64,000 nucleotides of DNA from a virus. Lineage: Duplodnaviria > Caudoviricetes. Below the pieces are notes generated by a model. That model searched no databases. It was not told the DNA's origin and worked only from the letters and a program-made list of their open reading frames with translations. Made by a program: the position numbers and the translations under genes. Within the stretch, counting starts at the first letter, position 1. The number at the start of each line of letters is the position of its first letter. The DNA lies in IMG/VR virus record IMGVR_UViG_3300020112_000604, positions 32,001-96,000 of that record. One strand, 5' to 3'. Shown here in pieces: positions 58,545-64,000 of this stretch.

Positions 58545-59357
58545 TTCATTTCTCCTTTATTATTCACGGTCTTGAAATACGATAATAAATTTTCTGAAGC
58601 GCTAACGATAGAATTAATGCATGTTCGGCAATAGTTCATTTCGGCATATGTATATGATTCATCGTCTGAGACCGAAAAATTCGTCATCACACATTTTACA
58701 TTTGCGTGTATTGTCTTCATCATCGGAAGATGTATCTGTGCTGCGAGTTATGGTATCAATGCCGTTGATCATTTCTTCAATGAAGTTCATACCGTATAGG
58801 GCATTTAATTCTTTCTTGGTGTCTCTGTCGATTCTTTTCTTAGGTTTGTCTTTGTCGAATACATCAACGTATAGCTGTTTCTGGTCGTAACGATGTCCGT
58901 CAGCTAACGCGAATATTTTCTGTAAGCATGTCGTTGCCGGAGCAGATAATTCCGGTGATGATATGCTTAATGCGAATAGCTTTATAAACTCAACGTCATA
59001 CAGTTTCGAGTCGCGATGAAAAGTTCGATTCAAATTGATTTCTACAAGAAATCTTCTGAAATCAATTTTTGTTATCATATTCATGACGATAAAGTCTTCA
59101 ATTGATTCGACATCTGTCGTAATTGTTCGATATGGAATATCGATTGCAAATGTCAGTTCAGTTCTCCCGAATGCTATAGCCACATCTATTGAATACGATT
59201 TGATATTATTTTTAGGGTTTTTTATAGCATAGATTAATTGAACAAGCTTTTCAGCAATTTCTTTTGTTGTTTTAGCTGTGCATACAGGTTCGGTGTTCAG
59301 TTCAACTGATGTATACACATTGTAACGTATTGGTTCATCGTCAATTTTAATTGGCAT
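58541..59357 (-). CDS. Hypothetical protein whose C-terminal zinc ribbon is split by a +1 frameshift (232 aa as written, ~271 aa if joined)
   Basis: CKMCDDEF in frame 0 continues as SVSDDESYTYAEMNYCRTC in the +1 frame across a T5 run (58675-58679). Confidence 0.6.
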
Positions 59358-59376
59358 AGTGGTTTCCTTTCTACAA

Positions 59377-59577
59377 TCAATTGTTGTTAAGCATATTGGT
59401 TATTGATTCTGGCGTACCTTCAACCACATATGCTTTACCCGAAGTCATAATGATTCTAGTGTCTGTTGGTGTTGTTGCCTTAGCGACTGATTCGATAAGG
59501 TCTTTGTTGATTGTAACAGTTTTCTGTAACTCAGCCTTTCCTGAGATATTAGGTTCATTAAATGTAACGAATTTCAT
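59377..59577 (-). CDS. FlbD-like small protein, 66 aa
   Basis: INKDLIESV...TRIIMTSGKAYVVEGTPESI resembles the FlbD pattern INxDLIE...TxIxLxxGKxYVVxE. Confidence 0.6.
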   Translation of the reverse strand: MKFVTFNEPNISGKAELQKTVTINKDLIESVAKATTPTDTRIIMTSGKAYVVEGTPESITNMLNNN

Positions 59578-59595
59578 ATTCTACATCTCCTTCAT

Positions 59596-59629
59596 AAAAA
59601 TAATCCGGGAAGTCAAAGAGACTTCCCGG
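59596..59629 (-). terminator. Intrinsic terminator
   Basis: CCGGGAAGTC/GACTTCCCGG stem followed by ATTATTTTT. Confidence 0.85.
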
Positions 59630-59638
59630 TATAACGTA

Positions 59639-60724
59639 TTACTTGTGTGATATATAATTCTGAAGTTCGATAACGTCCATTACGTCGATGCTGCCATCGC
59701 CGTTGAAATCGGCCTCACGTTTAACAGAATTTGGAGTGTTTTTGTTTGTGGTAAAATTACGAAGATAAGATAAATCTGTAATATCTACTGTGCCGCTATG
59801 ATTAACATCTCCGCGTCTGTAGCTGCTTAAATTCCAGTTAGCGTAATCGTAGAATGTGGAATTTGTTGCTGGTAGTACTTCGTATGTAAGAGTAGCAGCG
59901 CCGTAATTTCTGTAGTATGAACACATTGTTGCGTATTTTGAACCGCTAACGAGGAAAGGTTTATATGCGTTAGCTTTATTGAACTGCTGATAGTTCTGAG
60001 CACCCTGGAGTATGTCTAACATATACCATGTGCCGTCAATCTTAACAGCGTTCCATTCGTGGTTTGAATAAGTATCGCATACCATTTTACAATCAATGCC
60101 TATCTTTTCGCAAACGAGATTTAATGCTGTTGACATTCCGCTACAAACTGCAGACTTGTTTACTAATGCGCCATATGCAAAATACATTTCATCCCAACCG
60201 TCGCTTGCTTCCGTCGTCGGAACGTTTACATTGGTGATGAACCACTTATAAACCGCCTTGATCTTTTCGAGGTCGGTGCCGTTTTTAGGAGCAACTGAAG
60301 CCACATTGTTTATTGCATTCTTGAGAGCGGTTTCACGTGTTTTATAACCTGAACTTCCTATTGGGTATCGACATTCAATGTGAACTGATTCAGACTTATT
60401 GTTATTATCGCCGCAAACACCACAACTTGTCATGCAACATGCATTCAAGGTTATGTCCATCGTTGCTGCTTCGTACAGCATAGTTGAAATCTGAAGATCA
60501 TGAATAACGTCTCCTGTAGTTCCGGCTAAGTCAGAAATAGGGATGTAGATATCTGATTTTCCTGTCATACGATTTTTAGCCGTTTCTAGGTTTTTAGTGA
60601 AGTTTGCGTTGTTTCGTGTGCTGGTTATTTCCCTGCGAGCTGCTGAAGTTGTGATTGGTGTGCACATAACCGTCACGCCAATGATTGCTGAGATAATTCC
60701 TGACAATATTTTTGTGAATTTCAT
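59639..60724 (-). CDS. Secreted transglutaminase-like protein with a C-terminal dockerin, 361 aa (paralog of 56549-57607)
   Basis: Start ATG 60724; signal peptide MKFTKIL...TSA; AVCSGMS / HEWNAVKIDGTWYMLD; GDVNHSGTVDITDLS ... ADFNGDGSIDVMDV. Confidence 0.9.
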   Translation of the reverse strand: MKFTKILSGIISAIIGVTVMCTPITTSAARREITSTRNNANFTKNLETAKNRMTGKSDIYIPISDLAGTTGDVIHDLQISTMLYEAATMDITLNACCMTSCGVCGDNNNKSESVHIECRYPIGSSGYKTRETALKNAINNVASVAPKNGTDLEKIKAVYKWFITNVNVPTTEASDGWDEMYFAYGALVNKSAVCSGMSTALNLVCEKIGIDCKMVCDTYSNHEWNAVKIDGTWYMLDILQGAQNYQQFNKANAYKPFLVSGSKYATMCSYYRNYGAATLTYEVLPATNSTFYDYANWNLSSYRRGDVNHSGTVDITDLSYLRNFTTNKNTPNSVKREADFNGDGSIDVMDVIELQNYISHK

Positions 60725-60757
60725 TTGGAACCTCCTAATAAAAATGTACATTAATAG

Positions 60758-60783
60758 TCGGGAGACACCGAAGTGTCTCACGA
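60758..60783 (-). other. Intergenic UUCG hairpin (stabiliser or weak terminator)
   Basis: TCGTGAGACAC-TTCG-GTGTCTCCCGA with no strong T tail. Confidence 0.65.
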
Positions 60784-60794
60784 ACTTTTATTTA

Positions 60795-61634
60795 TTACTT
60801 GATTGATGAATTGATGCCGGCGAACAGTGTTCTTGTATCGATTACTTCATCTAATAATGATGATGAAGTAGCACTTCTGCCATATACGAAACACCAGTTC
60901 TTTGATGAGTTTGCCGCGTAAGCTACATATGTACAAACGTACTTGTAAGTTGAATCAAATACAGAAACCTGTCTTTCATATGAACCGTCTCTGAACTTGA
61001 GTTCTGTAACAGCGATGTATACAGATTTGTTGAGTACAGTTCCATTGTAATATGTTGTAGAACCAGATGTAGATGCTGATGGTCCTATTTTGAAATACGG
61101 TACATAATCATCAAGATATCCGTATCTGTCGCTCATGCCCATGACGCGGAGGTTTGTGCTTCTGCCAAGGAACAGAGCATTGCCTGAACGTACTGAACCT
61201 GAGTATGTTGTGAATGTGTTGTCATTTGTGAAACCTGATACGATGAGGTTGCCATTTGTATCGATAGCCTGATAAATATATCCGGGTTCAGTTTCTGACG
61301 GTGTATAGACGTCAGTTCCGATTGTTGTCTTAGAACCGAGTGCATACTGAGTATCGATCTTAGAAACGATTCTTCTAAGACCTACGAGATCTGCTGTGGT
61401 GATAACACCGTTTGAATCGATATCGGCTACGCTGATATCTGCTGTTGCTCTGCCTGAGAAAACATCATTGAATTTTGAAATATCTGTGACGTCAATGACG
61501 CCATTCTTATTGATATCTCCTGTCTGCCATGTCTTTGTGAATGGAATATTAACAGCCGCTGAAGCTGCAGCAGATACTGTCATTACTGTTCCGAGCACGA
61601 GTGCTATAAATCCCGAAATAATTCTCTTTTTCAT
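60795..61634 (-). CDS. Secreted protein with an N-terminal dockerin and an unknown beta-rich C-terminal domain, 279 aa
   Basis: Start ATG 61634; signal peptide MKKRII...ASA; GDINKNGVIDVTDIS ... ADIDSNGVITTADL. Confidence 0.88.
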   Translation of the reverse strand: MKKRIISGFIALVLGTVMTVSAAASAAVNIPFTKTWQTGDINKNGVIDVTDISKFNDVFSGRATADISVADIDSNGVITTADLVGLRRIVSKIDTQYALGSKTTIGTDVYTPSETEPGYIYQAIDTNGNLIVSGFTNDNTFTTYSGSVRSGNALFLGRSTNLRVMGMSDRYGYLDDYVPYFKIGPSASTSGSTTYYNGTVLNKSVYIAVTELKFRDGSYERQVSVFDSTYKYVCTYVAYAANSSKNWCFVYGRSATSSSLLDEVIDTRTLFAGINSSIK

Positions 61635-61649
61635 AGTATTGTCCTCCAA

Positions 61650-61955
61650 TTATCTTTTTGTGCAGTTTGTATATACTCGAAGTAAGTTTCCCGATGTGCT
61701 GTAAATTTCGAGCCTTCCTCCGTAGTATGTGTACATGATGTCATAGTATCTTCCCTCGACGGAGCCGTTGGAATAATACACCGTAACATTTCTTCCCTTA
61801 CGTCCCCATCCATCATTTGTAAATGATGTCTGTGAACTGATTGTTGTAGCCGCTGAAACGGTTACAGAGCTGTTAATTGATGTGTCTGGTAATACTGATG
61901 GTGCAACGCCCATCATCATTACTGCTGCAAGTAGTGAAATTAATTTCTTCTTCAT
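61650..61955 (-). CDS. Small secreted protein, 101 aa (paralog of 62792-63100)
   Basis: Signal peptide ...SVTVSAA; TVYY...MYTYYGGRLEIY. Confidence 0.8.
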   Translation of the reverse strand: MKKKLISLLAAVMMMGVAPSVLPDTSINSSVTVSAATTISSQTSFTNDGWGRKGRNVTVYYSNGSVEGRYYDIMYTYYGGRLEIYSTSGNLLRVYTNCTKR

Positions 61956-61980
61956 TATGAAATCCTCCTTATAATTTATA

Positions 61981-61992
61981 TACTAAACTGTT
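61981..61992 (-). promoter_or_regulatory. Late-type promoter AACA-GTTTAG-TA
   Basis: Exact motif, intergenic, upstream of the secreted/dockerin genes 61955-59639. Confidence 0.65.
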
Positions 61993-62004
61993 ACTATCAG
62001 TGTA

Positions 62005-62274
62005 TTACTTTACATTATTGATGCCCCAATCAGTCTGCAGTTCAATTTTAAGTTGAACCACATCTCTGGCATCGATGACGCCGTCATTGTTGACGTCAGC
62101 TGATTCCCAGTACTCGCCGTCGAGTATGAGATTGCATAATGTATCAAAATCAGCCCAGTCGGTATAACCGTCTGTGTTGATATCTCTGTCCGCAATTCTT
62201 GTAGGTGCAGCGCCATTGAGCGTTACGGTTGAGCTAAATATTGTTGCAGATAAACAAAGTGCTACAAAATTCAT
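62005..62274 (-). CDS. Stand-alone dockerin protein, 89 aa
   Basis: Start ATG 62274 (RBS GGAGG); hydrophobic N-terminus; DINTDGYTDWAD ... ADVNNDGVIDARDV. Confidence 0.8.
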   Translation of the reverse strand: MNFVALCLSATIFSSTVTLNGAAPTRIADRDINTDGYTDWADFDTLCNLILDGEYWESADVNNDGVIDARDVVQLKIELQTDWGINNVK

Positions 62275-62278
62275 ATGT

Positions 62279-62722
62279 TTATTCCTCCATAAGATTGACT
62301 GCAAATGATTCCGGCCATGCCATCATGACATATTCGGACTGACCTAATGATGAATTGTTCACGTCAACGAATCCATTCTTTATATAGAATGACACCTTCG
62401 TATCATAGAGATATTCCTTTACAGAACCCTCTATTGAGTTATATTCTTCTTCAGATGTACATCCGACCTTTACAATTACTGGTAACTGATTTGCTGCCAT
62501 AATGCCCTGAAGCACTTTGGAACCAATTCCCACATGACGATATGCTTTATTAACTTCGATTAAATCGACATATATAAATGAACACGGTGCGTTCTTCATT
62601 GTGTCAAGATCATCCAAAAATAATTCCCGGTTCTGGCGTACGATTATGCTTTTATTAAACACGATGTACTTATAATGTACAACACCAGTGTTTCTTTCTA
62701 TTATGTCATACATTGAATACAT
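62279..62722 (-). CDS. GNAT-family acetyltransferase, 147 aa
   Basis: VDLIEVNKAYRHVGIGS (motif A) and FYIKNGF. Confidence 0.85.
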   Translation of the reverse strand: MYSMYDIIERNTGVVHYKYIVFNKSIIVRQNRELFLDDLDTMKNAPCSFIYVDLIEVNKAYRHVGIGSKVLQGIMAANQLPVIVKVGCTSEEEYNSIEGSVKEYLYDTKVSFYIKNGFVDVNNSSLGQSEYVMMAWPESFAVNLMEE

Positions 62723-62737
62723 AAAGTTTTCCTCCCA

Positions 62738-62774
62738 TAAAATAAATAGACCACAGGTTAATAACCTGTGGTCT
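62738..62774 (-). terminator. Intrinsic terminator
   Basis: AGACCACAGGTT/AACCTGTGGTCT stem followed by ATTTATTTT. Confidence 0.85.
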
Positions 62775-62791
62775 GGTTTGTGATTAACCGA

Positions 62792-63100
62792 TTAGCATTT
62801 ACGTACGCCGTGCCAACGTGCTATCAGTCTAGCTGAATCCCAGTCGTAGATCTCTAAGCAGTCGCCGTCAAATGTGTAAAATACCTTGTTATACACGATC
62901 CAAGGTTCATTGATATGATGGAAGTAAACGGTTCTGCGGACATTTGAGTCGCTCACCATAAACTCATAATATTTAGTTGCCGCAGAAACTGAAACTGCGG
63001 TTTCGGATGATGTGTCGTTGTTTGAGAATGATGCCGCTGGAGCTGCAATCATAGTTAATGCCATCATGCCTGCTAAAAGTGTTTTGAAAACGTTCTTCAT
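62792..63100 (-). CDS. Small secreted protein, 102 aa
   Basis: Start ATG 63100; signal peptide ...AVSVSAA; TVYF...FYTFDGDCLEIY. Confidence 0.8.
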   Translation of the reverse strand: MKNVFKTLLAGMMALTMIAAPAASFSNNDTSSETAVSVSAATKYYEFMVSDSNVRRTVYFHHINEPWIVYNKVFYTFDGDCLEIYDWDSARLIARWHGVRKC

Positions 63101-63123
63101 TGTGGTTTCCTCCTTATGTATAA

Positions 63124-63597
63124 TCAACGTACTTTGTCAGCTTTACAGATGTAGTCTACCGCAAATGGAAGTGGCAGCTTCATCATGACAACGTACTCTG
63201 ACTGACCGAGTGGTGTGTCACTTAAATCAACAAAACCATTGCGTTCATAGAACGGAACCTTGGTTTTTATGATATAACCTTTGACATCGTCAATATTGGC
63301 GTCGTATTCTTCTTTAGACACGCAACCAACCTTAGCAAATATCGGATACTGTCCGAGAGATGCTGCTCTGAATATTGCTTTAGTGCCGAGACCTTTACGT
63401 CTATATTCCGGTTCAATGTTTATCAGATCCAAATATACGAATCTTTCCGGGCGGTTAGTTAAACCTTCGATATCGTCGAATAGTGTTTCCTTATTTCCCA
63501 TTCCGTCTACATGGTCATAAAGATGAAACTTTAAGATTCCAGCTTCATGTCCTTTATAAAATAAGGTTGTTTCGTATGATTCTGATTTAATGTACAT
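63124..63597 (-). CDS. GNAT-family acetyltransferase, 157 aa (paralog of 62279-62722)
   Basis: LDLINIEPEYRRKGLGT and FYERNGF; shares KVGC and LGQSEYV with its paralog. Confidence 0.85.
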   Translation of the reverse strand: MYIKSESYETTLFYKGHEAGILKFHLYDHVDGMGNKETLFDDIEGLTNRPERFVYLDLINIEPEYRRKGLGTKAIFRAASLGQYPIFAKVGCVSKEEYDANIDDVKGYIIKTKVPFYERNGFVDLSDTPLGQSEYVVMMKLPLPFAVDYICKADKVR

Positions 63598-63622
63598 AGT
63601 AACCCCTTTCTGGTTTAAAACG

Positions 63623-63654
63623 AATAAAGGACTGCAGTATCGAACTGCAGTCCT
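63623..63654 (-). terminator. Intrinsic terminator
   Basis: AGGACTGCAGT/ACTGCAGTCCT stem followed by TTATT. Confidence 0.8.
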
Positions 63655-63665
63655 GAATTAGCGAA

Positions 63666-64000
63666 TTACTTCTTAAGCCATGAAGGGCAGCTTGATGAAG
63701 CTTTGATCTTGTCGAATGCAGGAATCTGCTTTTCTTCACCTGTTGATGGAACCTTTGTTGTTGATGCTTCTTTGTGTTCCATCTTAAGTGTGCACTTGCT
63801 TGTTTCTGTGTTCCAGAGAGCAACCTTTGTTCCGCTCTGAAGAGTTGTTCCAAGCCAAGCCTTTGAGATGTCTACCATATTTGCTGCTACTGATGGTGAA
63901 GGTGTGTATCCTTCAGCAAGTCCTGCAGCTTCTGTCTTTGATACTCCGCCTGCCTGTGAAAGAACCTCTGAACAAATTGATGTGAACTTTTCGTGTGGAT
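63666..64000 (-). CDS. C-terminal part of a highly expressed, possibly HU-like DNA-binding protein (start lies beyond the window)
   Basis: Frame is open from the right edge (...PHEKFTSICSEVLSQAGG...); KVPSTGEEKQIPAFDKIKA resembles the HU arm (NPxTGExIxIPA). Confidence 0.55.
   Translation of the reverse strand, partial: PHEKFTSICSEVLSQAGGVSKTEAAGLAEGYTPSPSVAANMVDISKAWLGTTLQSGTKVALWNTETSKCTLKMEHKEASTTKVPSTGEEKQIPAFDKIKASSSCPSWLKK

Noticed and set aside
58791-58817. KKELNALYG resembles PolB motif B, which the polymerase lacks
   Set aside because: It is an isolated 9-mer in an unrelated small protein with no motif C nearby, so it is insufficient to call the missing subunit.
56549-63597. Host chromosomal DNA or a prophage boundary explaining the dockerin genes
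   Set aside because: No integrase, att site or housekeeping genes; the region shares strand, promoter motif and terminator style with the phage genes. A chimera can only be fully excluded with reads.
63587-63853. 88-aa ORF from the track
   Set aside because: It is an alternate frame of the HU-like gene and runs through a terminator.
1-64000. Alternative genetic code (stop reassignment), as in some gut jumbo phages
   Set aside because: Code 11 gives dense, full-length genes, and TAG and TGA both act as stops next to terminators or downstream genes.

Overview
This window is part of a large contractile-tailed (jumbo, phiKZ/AR9-like) phage genome that uses the standard genetic code and strong Firmicutes-type RBSs (AAGGAGG). 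It contains a truncated (apparently split) family-B DNA polymerase, a portal, tail tube and tail sheath, and a probable RNA polymerase beta-prime C-terminal subunit. It also has a run of eight probable head/internal virion genes (six sharing a Glu-site plus amphipathic-helix signature), baseplate genes, a RusA-like resolvase and a 4170-aa tape-measure protein with C39-like, lysozyme-like and M23 domains. Structural units are repeatedly preceded by AAC(A/T/C)-N6-T(A/G), which matches the AR9 late-promoter consensus; several accessory cassettes instead carry a T(A/G)TATA(T/C)TAT early-type motif. The three most striking items are: (1) a cluster at 56.5-62.3 kb of four phage-encoded dockerin proteins (two fused to transglutaminase-like Cys-His-Asp domains, one stand-alone), three behind late-type promoters, implying a cellulosome-bearing Ruminococcus-like host and a phage system that docks onto host cohesins; (2) a ~260-nt non-coding element at 19188-19447 with its own late promoter, long hairpins and two perfectly complementary loops (kissing-loop RNA candidate); (3) a ~100-nt promoter/terminator-bounded anti-Shine-Dalgarno sRNA candidate upstream of the polymerase. 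No tRNA, rRNA, CRISPR array or mobile element was recognised. All family assignments come from motifs read by eye, with no database search. Many ORF-track starts were shortened to the RBS-supported start.
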